Source: Christensenella sp. UBA1685 (GTDB lineage Bacteria > Bacillota > Clostridia > Christensenellales > CAG-138). Taken from it: a stretch of DNA of 64,000 nucleotides. The notes below the pieces were generated by a model. The model saw only the letters and a program-made list of their open reading frames with translations. It made no database searches and had not been told where the DNA came from. Below are positions 44,705 through 54,077 of the stretch, piece after piece. The translations under genes were made by a program, and so were the position numbers. How positions within the stretch are numbered: the stretch's first letter is position 1; the number at the start of each line of letters is the position of its first letter. The stretch covers positions 687 through 64,686 of the forward strand of contig DCKB01000059.1 of the NCBI GenBank assembly GCA_002320595.1, in the 5' to 3' direction.

Positions 44705-44732
44705 AAAAAGGCATCCGAACGGATGCCTTTTT
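44705..44732 (-). terminator. intrinsic terminator after tRNA-Ala
   Basis: AAAAAGGCATCC-GAAC-GGATGCCTTTTT. Confidence 0.8.
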
Positions 44733-44734
44733 AC

Positions 44735-44810
44735 TGGTGGAGATAAGGGGACTCGAACCCCTGACTTCTGCATTGCGAACGCAGCGCTCTACCAACTGAG
44801 CTATATCCCC
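44735..44810 (-). tRNA. tRNA-Ala (anticodon CGC)
   Basis: Reverse complement GGGGATATAGCTCAGTTGGTAGAGCGCTGCGTTCGCAATGCAGAAGTCAGGGGTTCGAGTCCCCTTATCTCCACCA. Cloverleaf fits, G3:U70 present, anticodon loop TTCGCAA, encoded CCA. Confidence 0.95.
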
Positions 44811-44840
44811 AAAATTCAGTTTTGCTTCACAGCATGGAAT

Positions 44841-44869
44841 ATGATACATCAATTCCGGCGAAATTGCAA
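44841..44869 (-). promoter_or_regulatory. promoter of tRNA-Ala
   Basis: Minus strand: TTGCAA (44864-44869), 17 nt, TATCAT (44841-44846). About 30 nt upstream of the tRNA 5' end. Confidence 0.55.
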
Positions 44870-44897
44870 GATGAAAATCTTCTTTTTTTGTTCCCTC

Positions 44898-44946
44898 TTG
44901 CTTTTTTTCGGAAGAGCGGTATAATTAGTTCGGTACAGAACTAATT
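44898..44946 (+). promoter_or_regulatory. promoter plus palindromic operator of the marR-MATE operon
   Basis: TTGCTT (44898-44903), 16 nt, TATAAT (44920-44925). Perfect inverted repeat AATTAGTTC-N6-GAACTAATT (44923-44946) overlaps the -10. Confidence 0.55.
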
Positions 44947-44968
44947 GAAAGAGGGGAGCACGCTGCTT

Positions 44969-45388
44969 ATGAATGCACTGGCTGAAACGCTGCTTGCCTG
45001 GCAGCGCATGGGGAAGCTTTATACGCGCATGGAGCTTGAAGTCTGCGCCCGCCATGGCCTCACCCGGCTGGAAACGGACATCCTTCTGTTTCTTGCAAAC
45101 AACCCGGCCTACGATACTGCGAAGGACATCGTAGAAGTGCGTATGATCGCAAAATCCCACGTTTCCGCCTCAATAGAAACACTGCTCGCAAAGCGGCTTA
45201 TCTTCGCTGTGCCGGATGCGCAGGACAGGCGGCGGGTTCATCTCAGCACGCTTCCCGCCGCAGCGCCCATTATTGCAGATGCGCAGGCCATGCAGCGCGC
45301 CTTTTTTGAGCGCCTGTTACGCGGCCTGAGTGAAGCGGAATGCGCGGAGCTTCGGCGGATGCTGGGGATTATTTCTGAAAACATTTAA
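44969..45388 (+). CDS. MarR family transcriptional regulator
   Basis: About 139 aa. Winged-HTH region TRLETDILLFLANNPAYDTAKDIVEVRMIAKSHVSASIETLLAKRLI...DRRRVHL. Confidence 0.85.
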   Translation: MNALAETLLAWQRMGKLYTRMELEVCARHGLTRLETDILLFLANNPAYDTAKDIVEVRMIAKSHVSASIETLLAKRLIFAVPDAQDRRRVHLSTLPAAAPIIADAQAMQRAFFERLLRGLSEAECAELRRMLGIISENI

Positions 45389-45412
45389 GGAGAACGCAGG
45401 AGAACGTACTTT

Positions 45413-46774
45413 ATGCAGAACGACAATACTTTCCTTGGCACCGAACGGATCGGCAAGCTGCTCTTCCGCCTTGCATTGCCTGCCGTGACGGCGCAGCTTG
45501 TAAACATGCTTTATAACCTGGTGGACCGCATTTACATCGGCCATATTCCCGAAACGGGTTCCCTTGCCCTTACCGGCATGGGGGTTTGCATGCCGCTGAT
45601 CATGCTGATTTCCGCATTTGCGGCGCTTGTGAGCATGGGGGCTGCCCCACGCGCTTCCATCCGCATGGGAGAAGGGGACTATGCCTCTGCGGAACGCATT
45701 CTTGGGAACAGCTTTACGCTGCTGCTGCTCGTTGCGGCCGTGCTCACCCCTGTGTTCACCATCTGGAGGGATGAACTGCTGCTCGCATTCGGCGCAACGG
45801 GAAACACCATCCAATTCGCAAGCGAATACATGGGCATTTATGCGCTTGGCACCGTTTTCGTGCAGCTTGCGCTGGGCCTCAATGCGTTTATTACCGCACA
45901 GGGCTATGCAAAGATCAGCATGTTTACCGTGCTCATCGGCGCGGCGTGCAACATCGTGCTGGATCCCGTATTTATCTTCGGCTTCAACATGGGCGTGCGC
46001 GGCGCAGCACTTGCGACCATCCTTTCGCAGGCGGTATCCGCGGCCTGGGTGCTCGCGTTTCTGTTTGGCAAACGCACTACGCTGCGCATCAAGGCGCAGA
46101 ACATGCGCCTGCATGCAAAGCTGATCCTCCCCTGCGTGGCGCTCGGCCTCGCGCCGTTTATCATGCAATCCACGGAAAGTGTGCTGAATATTTGTTTCAA
46201 CACCTCCCTGCGCAATTATGGCGGCGACCTTGCCGTCGGCGCAATGACCATCCTTTCGAGCGTCATGCAGTTTGCGATGCTTCCCTTACAAGGCCTGACG
46301 CAAGGCGCACAGCCAATCATCAGCTACAATTTCGGCGCGCGGAACCGCAGCCGCGTGAAGCAGGGCTTCTTGCTGCTGCTGAAATGCTGCGTCACATATT
46401 CCTTCACGCTTTGGCTTGCTGTGATGCTGGTACCCCAAGCATTTGCGGGCATGTTCACGCCGGACCCCGCGCTCATTGCGTATTCCGTTTGGGCGATGCG
46501 CATCTATATGGCGGTTACGCTCATCTTCGGCGTGCAGATCGCCTGCCAGCAGACGTTCATCGCCATCGGCAATGCGAAAACTTCGCTCTTCCTCGCCTGC
46601 CTGCGCAAGCTGATCCTGCTCATCCCGCTCATCTACATCCTGCCGCAGTTCTTCAGGGATCAGGCAATGGCCGTTTACCTTGCGGAGCCTGTGGCGGATC
46701 TTATCGCAGTGAGCGTGACAGCGATCCTTTTTGCAAAGCAGTTTAAGCGGGCGCTTGCAAAACTGGAGGCATAG
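45413..46774 (+). CDS. MATE family efflux transporter
   Basis: 453 aa, 12 TM segments. LALPAVTAQLVNMLYNLVDRIYIGH N-terminal MATE motif. Confidence 0.9.
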   Translation: MQNDNTFLGTERIGKLLFRLALPAVTAQLVNMLYNLVDRIYIGHIPETGSLALTGMGVCMPLIMLISAFAALVSMGAAPRASIRMGEGDYASAERILGNSFTLLLLVAAVLTPVFTIWRDELLLAFGATGNTIQFASEYMGIYALGTVFVQLALGLNAFITAQGYAKISMFTVLIGAACNIVLDPVFIFGFNMGVRGAALATILSQAVSAAWVLAFLFGKRTTLRIKAQNMRLHAKLILPCVALGLAPFIMQSTESVLNICFNTSLRNYGGDLAVGAMTILSSVMQFAMLPLQGLTQGAQPIISYNFGARNRSRVKQGFLLLLKCCVTYSFTLWLAVMLVPQAFAGMFTPDPALIAYSVWAMRIYMAVTLIFGVQIACQQTFIAIGNAKTSLFLACLRKLILLIPLIYILPQFFRDQAMAVYLAEPVADLIAVSVTAILFAKQFKRALAKLEA

Positions 46775-46841
46775 CCTGCTGAAAAACGCGGGAATTGAGG
46801 GGATGCGCGGCATTCAGAACCGCGCATCCCCTTTTTTGCAT

Positions 46842-48455
46842 TTATCCTGCAAGCTCCATCACAGCATCGAACCGCGCAAGGTTCTTTTCGCTGAACTGAT
46901 GGGACACCACAAGCAGCGTTCGATCCGGAATGGAAAGGAGCAGCGCTTCGATTCGCCCCGCCGTTTCATCATCCAAATTGGCAAGCGGTTCGTCCAAAAT
47001 CAGCATCTCCGTGTTGCGCAAGAGGGCGCGCGCAAGGCAGATGCGCTTCTTCTCGCCGCCGGAAAAATTTGCGCCGTGATCTTCCACCATGGCATCCAAT
47101 GCTGCGCGGTTGGCCAGGCTTGCAAGGCCGACCTTCCGCAGCATGTCAACCAACGCGCTGTCCTCCATCTCGCGATACAGCGTGAGGTTGTTGCGCAGCG
47201 TGTCACGAAACAGCGTGGCCTCCTGCCGAACAACGGTGATCCAGCCATATGTGTTCCCACATTGCCCGATGGGAACGCCGTCCACAGTGATGCTGCCGGA
47301 GCCTGCGTCATAGTAACGCAGCAGCAGGTTCGCAGCGGCCGTTTTTCCACAGCCGCTCGGGCCTTTGAGCAGATACCGCTTTCCTTTTTCGATCACAAGG
47401 TTAAAATCCGACAGCACAAGCTTTCCGGGCTGATATGCAAATCCAACATGATTAAACCGGATTTCGCGCTGCATGGGCATGCTGCTTCGCTCCTCTGTGC
47501 CCTGCGCATGGACAAACGTGCAGAGCCCGGCGCAGGTTGGCCGCACGGCAACAAGCTGGCGAATGATCCCGGAAAGCGAGATCAACGGATAGGAAAGCTG
47601 GTCGACCAGGCCAATCGCCACGAAAAAATCCCCTGTCGAAAAATCGCCCGCAAGCACAAGGGCCGTGGAGCAAGCCAGAATGATGAAAAACGACAGGTAT
47701 GAAATCAGCGTTGTGATAAGCTGCGCCATGGCGCCAAGCTGGGCTTCCCGCAGCAGCTTTTCCGCTGCGGCGTCGTTTGCTGCCCGGAAACGACGCATAA
47801 TCTGCTGCTCGATCGAAAAGTTTTTGATCACTTCAAAGCCCGAAAGCCAGTCGTTTACACGAGCGAGCGCCTCCCCTGCGGACTGCAGAGCTTCTGCCTG
47901 CGCCTGTTGCAGCCGCTTTTCGATCAGCTTGGGAAGATATAGCGGCGTTGTCAGCAGAAGAAGCGTCACGAGAGCGATACGCTAATCCAGGAGGAAAAGT
48001 GCGGCGCTCACCAGGAGCACCTTGAACAGAACCTCCCACAACATCGGCAGCAGGTCGAAATAACGGGTTTTGACCGCATCTGTTTCATTGGTGTATTTGG
48101 CAAGATATTCTCCATGCGGCAGTGACCGGTATGCAATATAGCTCCGCCGCAGGGTCGCCTGCCAGATATCCTCTTTCAGATCTTTGGCGCACCCCACAGA
48201 AAACCGGGCGGAAAGCCGCCGGTATCCGAAATAGAAGCCGACCTCAAGAAGGATGAAACAGATGAGCAGCAACGTATACCAGACGGTTGCTGGAACATGC
48301 CCGGCGGCAGCATGATCCAGCACATCCCCTTTAAAAAACTGAAGCGTAACGGCAAAGACGGTGCTGGCGAGTATACAAAACAAAGCCCCGATGAACGCGG
48401 AGCGATTGCGTTTCCAATAGGGTTTCATGAAATTCCTCCTGTTCGCGTCAAACAA
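46842..48455 (-). pseudogene. ABC exporter (permease/ATPase fusion) interrupted by one in-frame TAG
   Basis: ORFs 47982..48455 and 46842..47969 are in the same frame, separated only by TAG at 47982-47984 (...LFLLD*RIALVTLLLL...). The ATPase motifs are intact. Confidence 0.8.
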
Positions 48456-48613
48456 AGCGATAGAAGGAGGAAAAGATATTTCCTTCTATCGCGTTAGAAG
48501 GAATTCCGGCGCCGCACCATACAGTCAGCCCTCCCGGTAAGATTTGAGTTGATTCAGTATAACATGCCAGCGGGCGCACCGCAAGGAGCGCCCGTTGGTT
48601 CAATGCCGTTATT

Positions 48614-50404
48614 TCAGATGGCCCTTGTATAGCCCGCAAGCCATACCCGCTCATCCGCATCAAGATGCGGGGCGAGCGTTTCATACACCAGCGCGTGGTA
48701 AGCGTTAAGCCGCGTCCGGTCGATTTCGCTGAGAAGCGACGGCTCCACCGCGTCCAGGTCGATGGGCACGAGCGTGAGCGGCTCGAAATACAGGAATTGG
48801 CCGAACGCATTCTTTTCACCCTTGCGGCAAACGAGCTCGTTCTCAAGGCGGATGCCGTGCTTGCCCGCAATGTATACGCCCGGCTCATCGGTGGTGACCA
48901 TTCCCTCCTCCAGCACGGCGGAATCCGAGGGGTTCTGCCAGCGGAAGCTGTTCGGCCCTTCGTGCACGTTGAGGAGATACCCCACGCCATGGCCGGTGCC
49001 GTGCTTGTAATCAAGCCCCTGTTCCCAGAACGGCGCGCGCGCAAGCACGTCGAGATTCGCGCCGCGCACACCGGAAAGGAAGCGCGCCGCGGCAAGGTTC
49101 AGCATGCTGCGGAGCACCGTCGCAAAGTGCAGCTTTTCTTCTTCGGTAAGCGGCCCGAGCGCGAACGTGCGCGTGATGTCCGTGGTGCCTTCATAATACT
49201 GCCCGCCGGAATCGACAAGCAGCAGGCCGCGTGGCGCAAGGGGCACATCGCTTTCCGGCGTTGCCGCATAGTGGACGATTGCCCCATGCGGCCCATAGCC
49301 GCAGATGGTGTCAAAGCTCAGGCCGAGGTTGCCCTCCTGCGCGCGGCGGAGCGACTCGAGATAGTCCGATGCGCTGATCTCCGTCATGGGGATTTTCCCG
49401 ATGTTTTCTTTCAGGTACCGCATGAACCGCACCATGGCCACCGCATCCTTGATGTGTGCGCGGCGGAGGTTTTCAAGCTCGGCCGCGTTCTTCACAGCCT
49501 TCCTGTACACGGTGGGGTTTTCCGCGTCCACAAGCGATGCGCCCGCATCCACAAGGCGGGCATACAGCGCATAGTTTATGCGGGGTTCGGAAAGCAGCAC
49601 CTTCGTGCCTGCGCCGTAGTGTGCAACGAAATCATAAACGCCGCCATACGGCAAAATTTCCGTATTGAGGGAGGCAAGGTGCGCACGCACAGCTTCCGGC
49701 AGCTTTCCTTCGTCTGCAAAAAGATACGCTTTTTCCGGTTCGATGACCGCATACGCCAAAAGAACCGGGTTATACGCCACATCATCCCCGCGAAGGTTGA
49801 ACAGCCACGCGATGTCATCGAGCGAGGCAAGCACATGTGCGGTTGCGGCATGCTCCGCCATCACTGCACGCACGGCGGCGAGCTTCTCCCCCGCCTCCTG
49901 TCCGGCATATTTTGTGTCCAACACCCAGGCGGGCCGGTCGGAAAGCGGCGGGCGGTCCGCCCAGATCTCCCCCACAAGGTCGCGCCCCGGCGCAAGTGTG
50001 ACCTTCCTTTGGGCAAGCTCCTTTTTGAAGCTGAGGCCGGTCGCCGCAGGCACGGTGCGCCCGTCCATGCCGAGCACGCCGCCTTGCGGCAGCTTCCCTT
50101 TCAGGTATTCAAGGATGGTGGGAACGCCTTCCTCGCCGGATTTTTGCAGTGTGATGGACGTGCCGCAAAGCTGCTGTTCGCCCTGAAGGAAATATCTTCC
50201 ATCCACCCAAAGCGCGGCTTCGTGCTCCAGCACAACGAGCGTGCCGGCCGAGCCTGTGAAGCCGGACATGTATGCGCGCGCCTTGAAATGCGCGCCCACA
50301 TATTCAGAAAGGTGGAAATCATCCGTGGGGATATAATACCCCGCATACCCCGCTTCGCGCATCTTTGCGCGCAGGGCCGCAAGGCGTTGCTCAATCGTCT
50401 GCAT
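48614..50404 (-). CDS. M24B aminopeptidase P / Xaa-Pro aminopeptidase family protein
   Basis: 596 aa. Creatinase-like N-domains plus a pita-bread C-domain (HGTGHGVG, NEL(V)...E metal ligand pattern). Confidence 0.88.
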   Translation of the reverse strand: MQTIEQRLAALRAKMREAGYAGYYIPTDDFHLSEYVGAHFKARAYMSGFTGSAGTLVVLEHEAALWVDGRYFLQGEQQLCGTSITLQKSGEEGVPTILEYLKGKLPQGGVLGMDGRTVPAATGLSFKKELAQRKVTLAPGRDLVGEIWADRPPLSDRPAWVLDTKYAGQEAGEKLAAVRAVMAEHAATAHVLASLDDIAWLFNLRGDDVAYNPVLLAYAVIEPEKAYLFADEGKLPEAVRAHLASLNTEILPYGGVYDFVAHYGAGTKVLLSEPRINYALYARLVDAGASLVDAENPTVYRKAVKNAAELENLRRAHIKDAVAMVRFMRYLKENIGKIPMTEISASDYLESLRRAQEGNLGLSFDTICGYGPHGAIVHYAATPESDVPLAPRGLLLVDSGGQYYEGTTDITRTFALGPLTEEEKLHFATVLRSMLNLAAARFLSGVRGANLDVLARAPFWEQGLDYKHGTGHGVGYLLNVHEGPNSFRWQNPSDSAVLEEGMVTTDEPGVYIAGKHGIRLENELVCRKGEKNAFGQFLYFEPLTLVPIDLDAVEPSLLSEIDRTRLNAYHALVYETLAPHLDADERVWLAGYTRAI

Positions 50405-50460
50405 GAATGCTCCTTTCTTATTTTGGTTTTGTCAGGAAAAACTTTCAGTCCGCTTGCGCG

Positions 50461-50566
50461 GACAGCTCCTTTGCCAAAGAAGCCTTTTGGGTTACCGCTT
50501 TCCTTTAAGCCCTCTTTTTGAAAGGGGATGGCAGCGGCGAAGCCGCTGACGGGGTGATTGCCGAAT
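50461..50566 (-). repeat. repeat family R2, copy b
   Basis: The reverse complement ATTCGGCAATCACCCCGTCAGCGGCTTCGCCGCTGCCATCCCCTTT...AAAGGAGCTGTC aligns with 38566-38672. Confidence 0.85.
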
Positions 50567-50595
50567 CAGCGCAATCTTTCATTCCCTCGCTTGCG

Positions 50596-50626
50596 ATGCA
50601 GGGGCAATCATCGATTGCCCCTGCAT
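50596..50626 (-). terminator. 14-bp perfect-stem hairpin downstream of the M42 operon
   Basis: ATGCAGGGGCAATC-ATC-GATTGCCCCTGCAT. Confidence 0.6.
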
Positions 50627-50655
50627 GATGAAATGCAATGTTTGTCCTGCCGGCT

Positions 50656-51660
50656 TTAGCGATGCGGCAGCTCCTGCTTCGCCACAGCGGCGCAGACGAG
50701 CTGCACGGCGGCTTCATAATCGCCCATGTCCGCGGTTTCCACGGGGGAGTGGATATAGCGTGTGGGGATGGAGATGCAGCCGGAAAGGATGCCGCCGCGC
50801 GTGCGCTGCACCGCGCCGGTGTCCGTGCCGCCCGCACGCAGCACTTCGGGCTGCCAGCGGATGTTCTTCTCGTCCGCCGCTTCCACAAGGAACGCGCGCA
50901 CCACCGGAGGCACGATGACGGAAGAATCCATCACCTTCACCGTTGCGCCCGCGCCGAGCTTTACGCTCATGCGGCCGCACTTGGGCGTGTCGCCCGTGCC
51001 GGTCACATCCAGGCTGATGTTCAGGTCGGGCTCGATGGCATAGGCCGCCGCACCCGCGCCGCGCAGGCCGACTTCCTCCTGCACGGTGAACACCGCGTAA
51101 ACATCGTGCACGTTCTGCATCGTGCGGAAGGCTTCCACCACCGCCGCGCAGGCGATGCGGTCGTCAAGCGCGCCCGAGGAAACGCGGCTGCCCATTTCAA
51201 CAAAGTTCGTTACATACACCGCAACATCGCCGATCTGCACCTTTGCCTCGGCCTCTTCGCGCGTCGTTGCGCCGATGTCCACAAACAGCTCCGGCATGGT
51301 TGCATCCTTTGCGCCATGCTTTTCGGTTTCAAAATAGGTCACGCCGTGCGTGCCGTTTTCAAACTGAACCTCGCGTGCTAAGGAAACGACGGGGTTCACG
51401 CCGCCTACGTTCGACACGCGCAGGAAGCCTTTTTCGTCGATGTCCACAACGATGAGGCCGATCTGATCCATGTGCGCGCTGAGCATAACCTTTTTGCCGG
51501 AAGTTCCCTTCTTCACGGCGATCAGGTTGCCGAGCGTGTCGTTGTATACCTCGTCCGCAAACGGCTCCACATAGCTGCGGATTACGTCGCTGACCGTCTG
51601 CTCCCGGCCGGAGGGGCCGTATGCCGCCAAAATGCTTTTGAGCATATCCTTATCAAACAT
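50656..51660 (-). CDS. M42 family metallopeptidase (paralog 3 of 3)
   Basis: Start at MFDKDML after GAGGTG. SAHMDQIGLIV, ALDDRIACA and VQEEVGLRGA motifs. Confidence 0.9.
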   Translation of the reverse strand: MFDKDMLKSILAAYGPSGREQTVSDVIRSYVEPFADEVYNDTLGNLIAVKKGTSGKKVMLSAHMDQIGLIVVDIDEKGFLRVSNVGGVNPVVSLAREVQFENGTHGVTYFETEKHGAKDATMPELFVDIGATTREEAEAKVQIGDVAVYVTNFVEMGSRVSSGALDDRIACAAVVEAFRTMQNVHDVYAVFTVQEEVGLRGAGAAAYAIEPDLNISLDVTGTGDTPKCGRMSVKLGAGATVKVMDSSVIVPPVVRAFLVEAADEKNIRWQPEVLRAGGTDTGAVQRTRGGILSGCISIPTRYIHSPVETADMGDYEAAVQLVCAAVAKQELPHR

Positions 51661-51661
51661 A

Positions 51662-52681
51662 TTACAACACCTCATCGAATTTTTTGGTCTTCAGGAAGGA
51701 ATCCGCGAGCTTGTATGCGTTTTCAAAATCGCGGATGGAAGCGACGCTGCTCGGGGAATGGATGTAACGGCAGGGAACGGAAATACCGCCCGCGATGCAG
51801 CCGGAAAGCGCCTTGTGGATTGCGCCCGCGTCCGTACCGCCGCGCGTACCCTGGCGGATCTGGAAGGGAATGCCGGCCTCCTCAGCCGTGCGCTTGAGCG
51901 CCTCAAACATCTTCGGCCTGACGATGGTGCCACCGTCCATAAAGGAGATCGCGGGGCCTGCGCCGACCTTGGTCACATGCTGATGGCCTTCGGCCTCCGG
52001 CATGTCGTTGGCAGTCGTGCCTTCAAGGATCAGCGCAACTTCCGGCTTCACGTTGTAAACCGCCGCCTGTGCGCCGCGCAGGCCAAGCTCCTCCTGCACG
52101 GTGAACACGGCATAAAAATCGCAATCATAGCTGTTTTTCAGCAGCTCCAGCGCAATTGCACAACCCACGCGGTCGTCGAGCGCCTTCGCTTTCATTTTAT
52201 CCTCGCCGTAGCGCTCCCATTTCGTTGTGAAGGAAACGTAATCGCCGGGGTTCACATATTTGAGCGCGTCGGCCTTGTCCTTCGCGCCGATGTCAATGAA
52301 CAGCTCGTTGTGGCCGAGCACATGGGAAAATTCCTCCCTGGATTGCAGATGGATGGCCTTTGAGCCGATCACGCCGGGCACCTCATCCGGGCCGATGACC
52401 ACGCGCTTTGATACCACAACGCGCGGGTCGATGCCGCCCGCCTGGTATGCAAGCAGGCCGTTGTCCATGGCGCCCCAAACGATCATGCCGACCTCGTCCA
52501 TGTGGGCGCAGGCCATCACGCGGCGGCCTTCCCCCTTCTTGTGGGCGTACAGGTTGCCCATGGCGTCAACCCAAACTTCATCGGCATATTCCTTTGCGAT
52601 ATCGCGGATATAGCGGCGCACGCGGCCTTCGTCGCCCGATACGCCGTTGAGGTTGCAGAGTGCCTCTAATCGTCCAAGCAT
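51662..52681 (-). CDS. M42 family metallopeptidase (paralog 2 of 3)
   Basis: Start at MLGRLEAL after GGGAGG. CAHMDEVGMIV, ALDDRVGCA and VQEELGLRGA motifs. Confidence 0.9.
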   Translation of the reverse strand: MLGRLEALCNLNGVSGDEGRVRRYIRDIAKEYADEVWVDAMGNLYAHKKGEGRRVMACAHMDEVGMIVWGAMDNGLLAYQAGGIDPRVVVSKRVVIGPDEVPGVIGSKAIHLQSREEFSHVLGHNELFIDIGAKDKADALKYVNPGDYVSFTTKWERYGEDKMKAKALDDRVGCAIALELLKNSYDCDFYAVFTVQEELGLRGAQAAVYNVKPEVALILEGTTANDMPEAEGHQHVTKVGAGPAISFMDGGTIVRPKMFEALKRTAEEAGIPFQIRQGTRGGTDAGAIHKALSGCIAGGISVPCRYIHSPSSVASIRDFENAYKLADSFLKTKKFDEVL

Positions 52682-53715
52682 AGCGTTTCCTCCCAATCCG
52701 CGCCGATGTTCGCGGCAACGCCCGCGATCACCTTTGCGCAGTTTTTCAGCGTATCAAGCGAGATGCATTCAACGCTCGTGTGCATATAACGAAGCGGCAG
52801 GGAAATCAGCCCCGTGGGGATACCGCCGCGCTCCACCTGCAGCGCCCAGGCGTCCGTGCCCGTGTGCGCAATGCAGACGTCCGTTTCCCAGGGAAGGTTT
52901 TGCTCCGTGGCGGACGCCTTGATCTTCTCGAACATTTTGGGGTGGATGTTGCCGCCGCGGCAGACCGATACCTTGTCGAATTCAACATAATCCGTGGGCT
53001 TTGCGCCGGGCTGCGGGGCATGGCAAACGTCCATTGCAATGGCCATAGCAGGATGGATATTGTAGCCGCCGGCCTTTGCGCCGCCGCCTGCGGATTCCTC
53101 CTGCACGGAGGCACAGAACACCACATTGCAGTGGAGCTTGTAGTTTTTAAGGATGTCCATCGCCTCCAGCATGCAGACGATGCAGGCGCGGTCATCGAAG
53201 GTTTTGCCCGCGATGAAGTTGTTCTTGAGCTTCATGGGCGGGAACGGGGCAAAGGTGACGTTGTCGCCCACCTGCACAAGCTCACGCACGCGCTCCACCG
53301 GGAGCCCGGTGTCGCACACAAGGTCGTCGATCTTGTATGCCTTATCCTTGTCGTCCGCGTTCTGCAAATGCGGCGGGAGCGCTCCCACCACGGCGGGGAG
53401 GATTTCGCGGCCGAACACGCGCACCTCGGAACCGGGCAGCACGCGCGGGTCGACGCCCGCAACCGAGCGCAGGCGCAGCATGCCGTTTTCCTCAATGTCC
53501 GTGACCATCATGCCGACCTCGTCCATGTGCGCCATGACGAGCAGCGTCGGGCCGTCCGGGTTGCCGATGCGGCCGTAGGTGTTGCCCATCGCGTCGATCC
53601 AGACGTCGTCGGTATGGGCGCGGAAATATCCTTGCACGGCGCGGGACACGGCGGCTTCGTTGCCCGTCACGCCCGGGAGCGTCGTGAGATCGGATATTGC
53701 CTTAAAAATATCCAT
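52666..53715 (-). CDS. M42 family metallopeptidase (paralog 1 of 3)
   Basis: 349 aa. MAHMDEVGMMV, TFDDRACIV and VQEESAGGGA motifs. Confidence 0.9.
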   Translation of the reverse strand: MDIFKAISDLTTLPGVTGNEAAVSRAVQGYFRAHTDDVWIDAMGNTYGRIGNPDGPTLLVMAHMDEVGMMVTDIEENGMLRLRSVAGVDPRVLPGSEVRVFGREILPAVVGALPPHLQNADDKDKAYKIDDLVCDTGLPVERVRELVQVGDNVTFAPFPPMKLKNNFIAGKTFDDRACIVCMLEAMDILKNYKLHCNVVFCASVQEESAGGGAKAGGYNIHPAMAIAMDVCHAPQPGAKPTDYVEFDKVSVCRGGNIHPKMFEKIKASATEQNLPWETDVCIAHTGTDAWALQVERGGIPTGLISLPLRYMHTSVECISLDTLKNCAKVIAGVAANIGADWEETLCLDD

Positions 53716-54077
53716 ACGCTTTGTTCTCCTTTTTCTGGATTTTCAAGCGGGCCATGCCCGCAAAGAAGTTGGGTTTATTGGGTGGTATCCGCCTGGATTT
53801 AGCTGCTGAATATAGTATAACACAGCTTTCGGCGCTCCGCAGGGGGGCGAAAAAATATATAACATAACGCTTGGGTATCACCGGTTGGCAAAAACACATA
53901 CGGTTGTGAAAGGCGGGCATTGCTGCAGCCGTTCGCCGTAGCGCCACTATGCCCGCCGCCTCAAAACGCAAAGGCGAGGACGGCGTTCTGCCCACCGGGA
54001 TTGTGCGGGCGCCCTGCACGGGCTTGGCTGGCGGGGCAGTCCGCCCGCCAAAGGGACGCGGGCGGCGCCCTTATGCC

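Noticed and set aside
44735-44810. tRNA-Ala as the integration site of a genomic island.
   Set aside because: There is no integrase, no direct repeat of the tRNA 3' end, and no compositional shift in the adjacent genes. Only a modest gene-free spacer is present.
47982-47984. In-frame TAG as programmed recoding (pyrrolysine) or read-through.
   Set aside because: There are no pyl genes or PYLIS-like context in the window, and the aligned position in homologues is Trp (TGG). A simple nonsense mutation or sequencing error is more parsimonious.
50656-53715. Three tandem M42 genes as an assembly duplication artefact.
   Set aside because: The three proteins are clearly divergent throughout (for example SAHMDQIGLIV, CAHMDEVGMIV and MAHMDEVGMMV, in different sequence contexts). 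They are true paralogues.
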